Below, piece by piece: positions 27,092 to 35,953 of a DNA stretch of 35,953 nt. The position numbers and the translations under genes are program-made. The stretch comes from Thiotrichaceae bacterium UBA7359 (GTDB taxonomy: Bacteria > Pseudomonadota > Gammaproteobacteria > Eutrophobiales > Eutrophobiaceae): assembly GCA_905182825.1 (NCBI GenBank), contig CAJJDJ010000101.1:1-35953 (forward strand). The letters run 5' to 3'. The notes beneath the pieces are model-generated. The model had not been told where the DNA came from. It did not search any database and was given only the letters and a program-made list of their open reading frames with translations. The stretch's first letter is position 1, and each line of letters opens with the position of its first letter.

Positions 27092-28585
27092 ATGCTTTTA
27101 CTCTCAAAGAAACAAGATTGGTTAGGAAATACTCGCGCTGATATTCTGGCTGGGTTGGTTGTCGCGCTTGCGTTGATTCCCGAAGCGATTGCCTTCTCTG
27201 TTATTGCGGGTGTTGATCCTAAAGTGGGTCTCTACGCCTCTTTCTGTATTGCTGTGACGACGGCTATTGTTGGTGGGCGTGCTGGTATGATCAGTGCTGC
27301 AACAGGTGCTATGGCGTTATTAATGGTTACTTTGGTAAAAGAACATGGACTAGAATACCTGTTAGCAACAACTCTGTTAACAGGAGCTATTCAAATTACT
27401 GCTGGTTACCTCAAGTTGGGTAGTCTGATGCGTTTTGTCTCACGTTCGGTTGTTACCGGTTTTGTAAATGCTTTGGCAATACTGATCTTTATGGCTCAAT
27501 TACCCGAATTAACAAATGTTACCTGGCATGTTTATGTAATGACTCTAAGCGGTTTGGGGATTATTTATTTATTCCCGCTTATTCCCATAATTGGAAAATC
27601 GATTCCTTCACCGCTAGTCTGTATCATTATTTTAACGGCTATCACATTAATAACGAAACTGGATATTCGAACTGTAGGTGATATGGGCGAATTACCAGAT
27701 AAATTGCCTGTTTTTCTATGGCCAGATGTGCCTTTAACTATGGATACATTAAAAATTATTTTTCCCTATGCGGTTCCGTTGGCTATAGTAGGTTTACTGG
27801 AATCATTAATGACGGCGACGATTGTTGATGATTTAACTGATACTGATAGCGACAAAAACCGAGAATGTAAAGGTCAAGGCATCGCTAATATTGGTTCAGG
27901 TCTCATGGGTGGTATGGCTGGCTGCGCAATGATTGGGCAGTCTGTCATAAATATAAAATCAGGTGGGCGCGGGCGTCTATCCACTTTGCTAGCCGGCATT
28001 TTATTATTGATCATGGTGGTTTTTCTCGATGAGTGGATTAGTCAGATACCCATGGCCGCATTGGTAGCGGTGATGATTATGGTATCAATAGGTACTTTTA
28101 ATTGGGCTTCTTTTGCCGATTTAAAAGCGCACCCGCCTTCTTCTAATATCGTTATGATAATGACAATATTAGTTGTTGTCTGGACACATAATTTGGCTTT
28201 GGGTGTCTTTGTTGGTGTACTTTTGGCATCATTATTTTTTGCAAATAAGATTAGCCATTTAATGTATGTTGAGTCTGAATATGATGAGGGTAGGGATACA
28301 CGAACTTATCATATCGTCGGTCAGGTTTTTTTTAGTTCAGCTGACAAATTTATCGCCGCCTTTGATTTTAAAGAGGCAGTAGAAAAGATTGTAATTGATC
28401 TAAATCGTGCACATTTTTGGGATATCACATCAGTATCTTCACTGGATAAAGCGGTAATTAAACTGCGACGCCAAGGTGCAGAAGTAGAATTAATCGGACT
28501 TAATGAAGCCAGTTCGACGATCATTGATCGTTTTGGCATTTATGATAAACCGGAAGAAATTAAAAAAATTATGGGCAGCCACTAA
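27092..28585 (+). CDS. SulP family inorganic anion transporter with a C-terminal STAS domain
   Basis: [23 protein letters not shown] SulP signature, a multi-TM core, and a STAS-like tail ([15 protein letters not shown]...[22 protein letters not shown]). Confidence 0.88.
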   Translation: MLLLSKKQDWLGNTRADILAGLVVALALIPEAIAFSVIAGVDPKVGLYASFCIAVTTAIVGGRAGMISAATGAMALLMVTLVKEHGLEYLLATTLLTGAIQITAGYLKLGSLMRFVSRSVVTGFVNALAILIFMAQLPELTNVTWHVYVMTLSGLGIIYLFPLIPIIGKSIPSPLVCIIILTAITLITKLDIRTVGDMGELPDKLPVFLWPDVPLTMDTLKIIFPYAVPLAIVGLLESLMTATIVDDLTDTDSDKNRECKGQGIANIGSGLMGGMAGCAMIGQSVINIKSGGRGRLSTLLAGILLLIMVVFLDEWISQIPMAALVAVMIMVSIGTFNWASFADLKAHPPSSNIVMIMTILVVVWTHNLALGVFVGVLLASLFFANKISHLMYVESEYDEGRDTRTYHIVGQVFFSSADKFIAAFDFKEAVEKIVIDLNRAHFWDITSVSSLDKAVIKLRRQGAEVELIGLNEASSTIIDRFGIYDKPEEIKKIMGSH

Positions 28586-29451
28586 TGACTAATAATAAAA
28601 AATTGATTTTGGCCTGTATCGATGGATCTAAACTTTCTGAATCAGTTTGTGATCATGCAGTATGGTTAGCACAACGTGTTGATGGGCCATTAAAGCTTAT
28701 GTATACAATCGATCACCATCAAGAAATTGCGAAGGAAGTTGATTTGTCCGGAAATTTGGGTGTGGATAGTCGTGATAATTTGCTTGAAGAAATCACCAGC
28801 AATGAACATACGCGCAGTAAGTTACGTTTAAAAGAAGGGAAGTCTATTTTACAAGTGGCAAATGAGCGTGTTATTGAGAATGGGTATAATGACTCAATCT
28901 TATGTTTGCAGCATGGCAGTTTGGTTGAAACTTTGGTCGAGCTTAAAGAAGAGTTACGTATTTTGGTGATAGGTGCGAGAGGAAAAATACACGAAGACCA
29001 AACTAATAAAATTGGTGCAAAGTTGGAATCGATGATCCGTTCTTTACATGGACATATTCTAGTTACTTATGACAACTTCAAAATTCCGCAACAAATCATG
29101 ATTGCTTATGATGGAAGTGAGGATAGTGATAAACATATTGACATGATAGCTAATAGCCCATTATATGTCGGATTAAATTGTCACTTAGTTTGTGTCAATA
29201 AACAAAATATTGCCAATAGTTTAATCGAGAACACAATCAAAAAACTTGAATCTGCAGAGTGGGCTAATATTACCAGTGCCAGTTTGCAGGGTAATACTGA
29301 AAATGAGTTATGTGACTATCAAATTAAAAATAATATTGACTTGACTATAATGGGTGCATTTAATCACACTCGATTACACGATTTTATATTAGGAAGTTTT
29401 ACTGCAAGAATGTTACTTAGCACCAAGACTCCCTTACTCTTACTTAGGTAG
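28585..29451 (+). CDS. Universal stress protein, tandem Usp domains
   Basis: Two Usp-like halves, each ending in a G-x2-G..(9)..G-S-type segment (VIGARGK...; IMGAFNHTRLHDFILGSFTARML). The ATG overlaps the sulP stop (TAATG). Confidence 0.75.
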   Translation: MTNNKKLILACIDGSKLSESVCDHAVWLAQRVDGPLKLMYTIDHHQEIAKEVDLSGNLGVDSRDNLLEEITSNEHTRSKLRLKEGKSILQVANERVIENGYNDSILCLQHGSLVETLVELKEELRILVIGARGKIHEDQTNKIGAKLESMIRSLHGHILVTYDNFKIPQQIMIAYDGSEDSDKHIDMIANSPLYVGLNCHLVCVNKQNIANSLIENTIKKLESAEWANITSASLQGNTENELCDYQIKNNIDLTIMGAFNHTRLHDFILGSFTARMLLSTKTPLLLLR

Positions 29452-29482
29452 ATTAGTCGAGTTAATAATTACGAAAATTAAT

Positions 29483-29788
29483 TTAAAGATCGGCATAGTT
29501 TATTTTAATGGACCCATCTTTTTCATATTTTTTATTTTCAATCAGGCTTCTAGCGGCAGCTTCAATTTCAGTTCTATATTTTATTACCGAATCTAATGGT
29601 GTATCGAATATTTCAGAGAACTTTGTTTTTATGTCAGTATAAGCAATTCGACATGAAACTCGTTTACCACTGACTTGAGCTGCTATCGTAATGATTTCTG
29701 TATCTGGATTCCAACAATGTAATGTTGGAAATAATATACGACCATCACCAGCTGTTTTTTGTTTATGAACTATAGCTTCCATTTTCAT
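29483..29788 (-). CDS. DUF1488-like small protein
   Basis: 101 aa. The pattern ...V.F.......G..V.C.I....L...F.........F...R..IE..A..LI resembles DUF1488. This rests on memory only. Confidence 0.4.
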   Translation of the reverse strand: MKMEAIVHKQKTAGDGRILFPTLHCWNPDTEIITIAAQVSGKRVSCRIAYTDIKTKFSEIFDTPLDSVIKYRTEIEAAARSLIENKKYEKDGSIKINYADL

Positions 29789-29898
29789 TCACCTCTTTTA
29801 TTTTTGTAGTCTCTATTTTAGGAACAATTTTTCTTAAAAAAATAATGATAACCTTGTGTTTTAAGTATTCGCAATAAGATTCAATAATACAATTAAAA

Positions 29899-31242
29899 TT
29901 AAATTGCTGGGGTTGCCGTCGAGGCTGGTCGTCTTTGTCGGTTACCATTATTACTGTTAACTGAATTTTGAGGTTTACTATAACGGTTATATGATTTTTT
30001 TTCACTTGAACCATTATGTTTAGCTTTATATCGTTTGGTTTTATTATTAGTCGTCTTAGTTACTTGTTTATTACGTGAATATTTACTAGAAAGAGATTCC
30101 GGGAGATTATGCTGTGGTTCGAAAGTTTCTATTTCTTTGCGGTTGATTTTACGCTTAATCAGGCGTTCGATATCATGTAGTTGCTTAGCTTCATCGGCAC
30201 TAACTAATGATATAGCTTGTCCGCTTTCGCCGGCACGGCCTGTTCGACCTATTCGATGAACATAGTCTTCAGGCACATTTGGCAAATCAAAATTGACGAC
30301 ATGTGAAAGATGATCAATATCGATACCTCTTGCGGCAATATCAGTTGCAACTAATATCTGAATTTTGTTCTTTTTAAAATTGTCTAATGCTTTGGTTCGT
30401 TGAGATTGGCTTTTGTTACCATGAATTGCAGCAGCATGTATGTTATCACGTGATAAGCGTTTCATTAATTTATCAGCACCATGTTTGGTTCTGCTGAACA
30501 CTAATACTTGGTACCACTTTTCTTTAATAATTAGATGGCTAAGTAGGTCAGCTTTACGTGATTTATCTACGGGGTAAATTATTTGTGAGATAGTCTCAAC
30601 GGCTGAGTTACGTGGTGCAACATCGATTTCAATAGGGTTACTAATTATACCTTTAGCTAATTGCCTGATTTCTTGTGAAAAAGTAGCAGAGAACATCAGT
30701 GTTTGTCGTTTCTTTGGTAGAAGTGCCATTATTTTTCTGATGTCATGTATAAAACCCATGTCCAACATACGGTCGGCTTCGTCTAATACTAGTACTTCGA
30801 TATCATTGAAATTAATAGCGCGCTGTTGAAATAGATCAAGTAAGCGACCTGGTGTGGCAACTAATATATCAACGCCACGTCTCAGCTTCATCATTTGTGG
30901 GTTTATTTTTACCCCACCAAAAACAACAGTAGAGCGTAGATTCATATATTTGCCATAAGTAAACACACTCTCCTGTACTTGAGCGGCTAGTTCTCGAGTT
31001 GGAGTTAATACTAACGCACGTGCTCGATTATTCTTTACTGGTGGTTTCTCATTAAGCAGTTGTAATAGTGGCAAAGTGAATCCGGCTGTTTTCCCAGTAC
31101 CGGTTTGAGCAGCAGCCATTACATCTTTACCTTGTAAGATAGCAGGAATGGCTTGTGCTTGGATAGGAGTAGGACTAGTGTAAGCTGCTTCGCTCACGGA
31201 ACGTAATAATTCTTCGGATAATCCGAGTTTTTCAAATGTCAT
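29899..31242 (-). CDS. rhlE: ATP-dependent RNA helicase RhlE (DEAD-box) with a basic C-terminal tail
   Basis: F-x-LGL...PTPIQ Q motif, [15 protein letters not shown] and [10 protein letters not shown] motifs. The K/R/N-rich tail is typical of RhlE. Confidence 0.9.
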   Translation of the reverse strand: MTFEKLGLSEELLRSVSEAAYTSPTPIQAQAIPAILQGKDVMAAAQTGTGKTAGFTLPLLQLLNEKPPVKNNRARALVLTPTRELAAQVQESVFTYGKYMNLRSTVVFGGVKINPQMMKLRRGVDILVATPGRLLDLFQQRAINFNDIEVLVLDEADRMLDMGFIHDIRKIMALLPKKRQTLMFSATFSQEIRQLAKGIISNPIEIDVAPRNSAVETISQIIYPVDKSRKADLLSHLIIKEKWYQVLVFSRTKHGADKLMKRLSRDNIHAAAIHGNKSQSQRTKALDNFKKNKIQILVATDIAARGIDIDHLSHVVNFDLPNVPEDYVHRIGRTGRAGESGQAISLVSADEAKQLHDIERLIKRKINRKEIETFEPQHNLPESLSSKYSRNKQVTKTTNNKTKRYKAKHNGSSEKKSYNRYSKPQNSVNSNNGNRQRRPASTATPAI

Positions 31243-31581
31243 TAAATATTCCTAAATATCCTTCGATATCATTTCTCATTTTACTCACTTGAATACAGAG
31301 GCAAGCTAAATAATGTGTAAATCTGGCGAAGTTAAACAAGCTATAAAATTTGCGTACGTTTAAACACACACAGCTTAGAGGCGATAGATAGCTTTGCCAT
31401 ATATGCGGCATGCAGTAATTGGCTCTCAAAGGGAGGGGATAGTTAAACTCTAGAATGCGTTGCGAAAACTATCGCCAATGCATCGAGATGAACTAACAAC
31501 TATTGATGACGCTCTAAACATTGGTACATTGTTCAGGTGCGCGCACTCTAGCATATAATGTCATGACATATAGATCTTATT

Positions 31582-32556
31582 TCAACATAGATTCTTTTTC
31601 ATACTATCTGCAAGTTTATATCCACTTATAAAGGCAGCTTCTATGCGACCTTTAATAAACCAATCACCACACGCACCAAGTCGTAATTCATGATCAAGAT
31701 GATAATCTACACCTACTGGCTGTTTAGTACTCGAATATCGCCAACGATGTGTTGTTAAATATTGGCTATCTGAAAAATCATAAGACAACAAGCTGTTCAG
31801 CTCCTCGAGAATAATGTTTTGTATATTTGATGTTGCTTCATTTATATGATTCTCGGACCATTCATTATTGGTTTGAACAATTAGTGTTTCTTCATTGCCG
31901 CGATTAGGTTTATTAGAATTTAATGTTATCCATGAGATAAGCGAATTTTTCACTATTGCCGCTTCCCATTTCCATGGGACAACAAGAGCTAACATTAAAG
32001 TGTAACAGCCAAGCATTTTACATTTTTTAAAATACTGGTGGCCCGTAAATGAGTGAGGCATGAGTTTTTCTGCTTGGGGTGCAGGTGTTGTGTTAATGAC
32101 CCAATCGTATGGCCCGAACTCATTTTCATCTTTTGTATATAACAACCAGCCTTGCTCTCCTTTTTTTATTCTGATTATTTCTATGTTCAACTGGACATTG
32201 ATTTCTTTTGCCATAGCAAGACATAGTTCATTCATCTTTGGAGAAGCGACATAGTGTTTTTCAGACCAATCTTTGGTTTTAGCTAATTGACCTTTTTCTA
32301 ATAGCATTAGTTTTGGTTTCCATTCTTTCAAGATTCCCGTTTTTATGTAGGGTCCTAAAAACTTTTTAAAAGCTTGGTCGCGAATAGTAAAATCTTGAGT
32401 ACCATGATCAAATTGATAAGACTTGACATAACGCGTCGACATTCTACCGCTCACTCCACGCGATTTTTCAAATAATTCGACTGTTGTGAAGTCGTTAAGC
32501 TGAATTCCAACGGTGAGGCCCGTCATTCCTGCACCAATAATAGCGATACGTTTCAT
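31582..32556 (-). CDS. NAD(P)/FAD-dependent oxidoreductase (COG3380, bacterial renalase-like)
   Basis: N-terminal dinucleotide fold IAIIGAGMTGLT...E-K-x4-GR, about 325 aa, and a C-terminal GDW...GRIEAAF.SG motif. Confidence 0.7.
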   Translation of the reverse strand: MKRIAIIGAGMTGLTVGIQLNDFTTVELFEKSRGVSGRMSTRYVKSYQFDHGTQDFTIRDQAFKKFLGPYIKTGILKEWKPKLMLLEKGQLAKTKDWSEKHYVASPKMNELCLAMAKEINVQLNIEIIRIKKGEQGWLLYTKDENEFGPYDWVINTTPAPQAEKLMPHSFTGHQYFKKCKMLGCYTLMLALVVPWKWEAAIVKNSLISWITLNSNKPNRGNEETLIVQTNNEWSENHINEATSNIQNIILEELNSLLSYDFSDSQYLTTHRWRYSSTKQPVGVDYHLDHELRLGACGDWFIKGRIEAAFISGYKLADSMKKNLC

Positions 32557-32634
32557 ATATGTTTGAGTTTAAATAAATAATTTTGAGTCAAATTGGTATT
32601 AAAAAGTCTTGTCTAGAACGATTTTTGTTTTATG

Positions 32635-32659
32635 GTGCATGCTTAGTTAACGCATACAC
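32635..32659. promoter_or_regulatory. Operator-like imperfect palindrome GTGCATGC-ttagttaac-GCATACAC abutting a TATAAA -10 element (32660-32665)
   Basis: An inverted repeat matching at 7 of 8 positions, read directly. It lies in the divergent promoter region between the oxidoreductase and the VOC gene. Confidence 0.3.
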
Positions 32660-32699
32660 TATAAAATCATAACGATCTATTTAATAGAAAGGACTTTTT

Positions 32700-32993
32700 A
32701 TGGATAAAATACACCATATTGCCATACAGGTGAAAAATATCAAAAAAGCGATAAAATGGTATGTCGAAAAGTTTGATGCCAATCTTGATTATGAGGATGA
32801 AACATGGGCATTAATCAAATTTGATAACATCTCGCTTGCCCTCGTAATGATAGATCAGCATCCACCACATTTTGCGATAGAAAGTAAAAATGCTAGTGCA
32901 TTTGGTCACTTAACAAGACATCGAGATGGGACGGCATCTGTTTATATTAAAGACCCGTTTGGAAATGCAGTTGAGATTATTGAAATAGAATAG
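32700..32993 (+). CDS. VOC (glyoxalase/bleomycin-resistance/dioxygenase) family protein, single-domain
   Basis: IHHIAIQVKNIKKAIKWY...F and the C-terminal DPFGNAVEI are classic VOC beta-alpha-beta-beta-beta signatures. Confidence 0.75.
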   Translation: MDKIHHIAIQVKNIKKAIKWYVEKFDANLDYEDETWALIKFDNISLALVMIDQHPPHFAIESKNASAFGHLTRHRDGTASVYIKDPFGNAVEIIEIE

Positions 32994-33014
32994 TTTATTT
33001 AAAGTTAATTTTAT

Positions 33015-33479
33015 ATGAACAATGGAATGATAAATAAAACTAAAAGTATAGTCTATTTTTTAAGTTATGCTGGATTGTTGCCATTTGTTTTTACATTACT
33101 GATTTTTTTTTTCGGAAGTAAAGAGTTAAATTCATATTCAATAAGGATGTTCACTTCTTATGGTGCAGTTATAATAGGCTTTATTGGAGCTGTTCATTGG
33201 GGCTTCTTGCTGGAGAGTAAGTCGATACAAAGACAAGGCTTATTACTATCGATAAGTGTCCTGCCGAGTTTGATTGGGTGGTTTGCGCTAATCTCCCCTA
33301 TACCTTTTGCATTGTTGATACTTTGCATAATGTATCCGTTATTATTTATCTATGAGAGGCATTCAGTATTAAATACATTGTTACCAAAATGGTACATGCT
33401 AATGCGCTTGAAGTTGACTATCATGGTTACTATCTTCATCTTCATTGCTTTAAATGCTGTTTGTTATATAGATGTTTAG
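33015..33479 (+). CDS. DUF3429 family membrane protein
   Basis: Four or five TM helices, plus YAGLLPFV and YGAVIIGFIGAVHWG motifs as I recall for DUF3429. Confidence 0.6.
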   Translation: MNNGMINKTKSIVYFLSYAGLLPFVFTLLIFFFGSKELNSYSIRMFTSYGAVIIGFIGAVHWGFLLESKSIQRQGLLLSISVLPSLIGWFALISPIPFALLILCIMYPLLFIYERHSVLNTLLPKWYMLMRLKLTIMVTIFIFIALNAVCYIDV

Positions 33480-33511
33480 TCTAGAGAGGTAAATCTAATT
33501 ATATTTTTTAA

Positions 33512-34261
33512 TTAAGGCGATATTTCACTACCGTCCCAAGCAAATATTTTACCGCTATCTTTCTTTTCTAACCCAGTAATGACCTTATATAAATAGTTTA
33601 CTGACTGCTCTGCCGTTGTCAGTTGCCCCAGTTTCAAGTTTCTCTGAAAGGGTTTCGATAATTTAGTATTCACTGTGCCAGGATGTAGACCTATGCATAT
33701 AGTGTGCGGTGAACGTCTATTTAATTCAATTGCTAGAGTCTTAGTGATCATGTTTTGTGCAGCCTTTGCTGCTCGATAGGCATACCATCCACCAGCACGG
33801 TTGTCCGAAATGCTGCCTACACGGGCAGATATATTTGATAGTATGCTCCGTTCTTCATGTCGTAGTAGTGGTAGTGCATAACGGGCAATAAGAAGAGGGC
33901 CAATTGAGTTGACTGTGAAAGATTGAACTAAATTATCTGTGTTTACATCTTCCAGACGTTTTTCAGGGTGAAGACCTTCATCATTATGTAACAGCCCGGT
34001 GCAATTGATAATCAAATGTAACTTATTTGTATGCTCAGAGATTAAAGAAAACGCTTTTTCAACACTTTTTTGGGAACTAACATCCATAGAAATGGGTATT
34101 AATTGTGATTTATAGTTCGATTTTAGTGTATCTAGGCATTCAAATTTATTTAGACACTGTTCTCTGACGCTAGCAATGACATTTATACCTTTTTTCAGTA
34201 GGAGTTGTGTCATTTTGATGCCAATACCTCCCGATGCACCAATAATTAGTGCGTTATCCAT
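33512..34261 (-). CDS. SDR family oxidoreductase (C-factor-like)
   Basis: The cofactor motif IIGASGGIG, the NCTG motif and the catalytic YRAAK. 249 aa. Confidence 0.85.
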   Translation of the reverse strand: MDNALIIGASGGIGIKMTQLLLKKGINVIASVREQCLNKFECLDTLKSNYKSQLIPISMDVSSQKSVEKAFSLISEHTNKLHLIINCTGLLHNDEGLHPEKRLEDVNTDNLVQSFTVNSIGPLLIARYALPLLRHEERSILSNISARVGSISDNRAGGWYAYRAAKAAQNMITKTLAIELNRRSPHTICIGLHPGTVNTKLSKPFQRNLKLGQLTTAEQSVNYLYKVITGLEKKDSGKIFAWDGSEISP

Positions 34262-34456
34262 ATAATGAGCTCCATATTAAATTTATTAGGATAAGTCGAT
34301 ATTCTTATGTAAGAAATAGAGTAAGTTTAAATATCAGCGTATTTTTGGAATTAATGGCAAATAACAATTAATATTATTTAAATAATTAATAGTATGGCAA
34401 TCATAATATAGTCATGCAAATATTCAATTTATTGTTAACTATATTAAAATTAATTT

Positions 34457-35365
34457 ATGAGTGTATGGAAATCAACTCTAGCGATAATTTTTTGTCATAT
34501 ACTTACAGGAACAGCATCTGTTACCACACGCCACCTGGTGACAGTCTTAGACCCGGTCGATATTGCTTTTATGCGCTACTTCTTGGGGGGAGTTTCTATC
34601 TTACCGCTATTTTTTCTGTTTCGCATATCAGTATTAACTAAAATTCTATTACTTAAGATTGCTGGCCTTGGTTCTTTATTTTTTGCGTTATTTCCTTTTA
34701 TGTTTTCATGGGGATTTGTTTATACTAATGCGGCTCGAGGCTCCCTTGTGTTAGCAACGATGCCGATCTGGGCAATGTTGATCAGTAGAGCTATTGGCCA
34801 TGAAAATATTAATAGAAATTCTTTAATTGCAATAGGACTTACTTTACTCGGGCTTAGTATTGCACTATCAGATAAATTAATGATGATTTCAGACAATGGA
34901 GTCTTATTCAAAGGTGAAATTATCATGTTGTTTACTGCAATTATTGGTGGAATCTATGTCACTTTGGCGCGGCAAATTTTACAAGAAGTACCCGCTTCTA
35001 CTATGACACCATTAGCAATGTTGGCAGGATGTGTGTGCCTATTGCCATTTAGCATCGTAAATGGGATCGATGATAAACTAGCTGCATTGACATCTACAGG
35101 AATAGGCTTAATGATTTATTTGGGTGTGGTTGCTGGGGGACTCGCATTTTTTCTTTTAAATTGGGTCTTGACTAAGAGTACAGCAACATTTGCGACTATA
35201 TTTGTTACATTAAATCCAATAACAGCAATCATTTTAGGGTATTTATTCTTAGGTGAAGAGATAAAGCTTAATTTTCTTATGGGAGTAGTGGTTGTTTTTA
35301 TTGGTCTTGGTTTTGCCATGAGTTCAGAAAATCATGGTAAATATGATAAGGTAAATGGCGTATAA
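34457..35365 (+). CDS. DMT superfamily transporter (two EamA domains)
   Basis: A 10-TM profile with two EamA-like halves. 302 aa. Confidence 0.8.
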   Translation: MSVWKSTLAIIFCHILTGTASVTTRHLVTVLDPVDIAFMRYFLGGVSILPLFFLFRISVLTKILLLKIAGLGSLFFALFPFMFSWGFVYTNAARGSLVLATMPIWAMLISRAIGHENINRNSLIAIGLTLLGLSIALSDKLMMISDNGVLFKGEIIMLFTAIIGGIYVTLARQILQEVPASTMTPLAMLAGCVCLLPFSIVNGIDDKLAALTSTGIGLMIYLGVVAGGLAFFLLNWVLTKSTATFATIFVTLNPITAIILGYLFLGEEIKLNFLMGVVVVFIGLGFAMSSENHGKYDKVNGV

Positions 35366-35683
35366 GCCAAATATTACTCAAGTAAAAAAAGTATCTTTTT
35401 TCAATCCTTCGACAAGAATATCTATTCTCATGTTGAGTGAACCTACTTTAATAAACTCTATTTATGATTGATAACGTTTGAAATTTTATTTATATCATAA
35501 TAAGTTTTAAATCATGTATATAGAGAGGTTTATAATTTAATTTTAGGTCGGTCAGCTTCAGATCTAAGCTAAGTTTAGAGATAATCAAATTCTAATTAAT
35601 TTTGAGTATATACTGAGAAGTATTACAATGTGGAAGCTATTTTGATGAGAATTATTTGACGATTTAAGGTTTTATAATCTGCT

Positions 35684-35953
35684 ATGACTGATGAAGTGAA
35701 AAATGGTACGACTCGTGAGATCGCGGGAAAATCATGTGTATATTATGATGGTTATTGGATTAGAAGTTATCACTTACATAAAGATAGCTATGCAGACAAG
35801 AAGCAAATGATTGATCAATTAACTCGCCGAGTGTTTCATCATGTGGAGCAGGGAATTAATACTCCCAGTAATAGGTTGGATGATATTCAAGAGGTTTATG
35901 AAGCAGAAGATGATCCAGCAAGAAAACGAGTTAAAGGTGCAATGTTAGCAGGC
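35684..35953 (+). CDS. Hypothetical protein, N-terminal 90 aa (3' end outside the window)
   Basis: The ORF is open from the ATG at 35684 to the window edge (MTDEVKNGTTREIAGKSCVYYDGYWIRSYHLHKDSYADKKQMIDQLTRRVFHHVEQGINTP...). An in-frame TAA lies 9 nt upstream. No family recognised. Confidence 0.45.
   Translation, partial: MTDEVKNGTTREIAGKSCVYYDGYWIRSYHLHKDSYADKKQMIDQLTRRVFHHVEQGINTPSNRLDDIQEVYEAEDDPARKRVKGAMLAG

Noticed and set aside
29763-30014. 83-aa minus-strand ORF spanning the DUF1488/rhlE spacer and the rhlE 3' end
   Set aside because: It overlaps the rhlE tail in another frame and the DUF1488 start. It has a TTG-type start and no RBS, so it is probably spurious.
31232-31429. 65-aa minus-strand ORF in the rhlE upstream region
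   Set aside because: It overlaps the rhlE start codon region, is Cys/Leu-rich with no RBS, and is better explained as part of the rhlE 5' leader.
34414-34641. 75-aa plus-strand ORF overlapping the start of the EamA transporter gene
   Set aside because: It is in a different frame from a 302-aa ORF with a full 10-TM DMT profile. It is most likely a frame shadow.
1325-35319. Track ORFs nested inside larger genes: 1325-1543, 2458-2754, 3707-3904, 3979-4230, 6970-7254, 11826-12014, 13067-13318, 16321-16569, 17076-17279, 18019-18294, 18400-18582, 22834-23073, 24076-24288, 28321-28539, 30035-30259, 32060-32254, 34720-34926, 35116-35319
   Set aside because: Each lies antisense to, or in an alternative frame of, a gene with strong family signatures. 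Their products are low-complexity or biased as expected from reading a real gene in the wrong frame, and none has a convincing RBS. They are treated as frame shadows.

Overview
This is a 35.9-kb, visibly AT-rich chromosomal segment. Gene content and order look gammaproteobacterial, but that is an inference from synteny, not a search. Most of the window is tightly packed core housekeeping DNA. The main blocks are birA-coaX-SPOR plus a tRNA-Thr; a periplasmic peptidoglycan-remodelling trio (TPR protein, YkuD L,D-transpeptidase, M14 amidase); a minus-strand array yicC-gmk-rpoZ-spoT-ridA-recG-ubiC-ubiA; rph-rdgB-hemW; a GIY-YIG gene plus an ABC exporter; an RNA/translation-flavoured stretch (Host_attach-like protein, spermidine-synthase-like protein, ABC-F ybiT, dbpA, rhlE); sulP with a tandem Usp; and a small-molecule cluster (renalase-like FAD oxidoreductase, VOC, DUF3429, SDR, EamA). 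I found no integrase, transposase, phage gene, CRISPR array, reverse transcriptase, or recognisable defence or toxin-antitoxin genes. I cannot point to a clear-cut novel multi-gene system. The least explained part is 19.46-22.64 kb. Coding density there drops to about 46 percent, and four solitary small genes of unknown function sit between 230-470 nt AT-rich spacers. One of them is a 58-aa two-TM protein with the best Shine-Dalgarno in the window, and it is absent from the ORF track. Other points worth checking are a near-consensus Fur box in front of the GIY-YIG/ABC-exporter pair, a 390-nt relatively GC-rich leader with direct repeats upstream of ybiT, a 12-bp GC-rich hairpin between rpoZ and spoT, a C-terminal module shared by the two adjacent cell-wall proteins, and near-identical 45-bp coding repeats at the left edge. 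All functional calls rest on motifs and remembered family signatures read from the translations. No database search was run.
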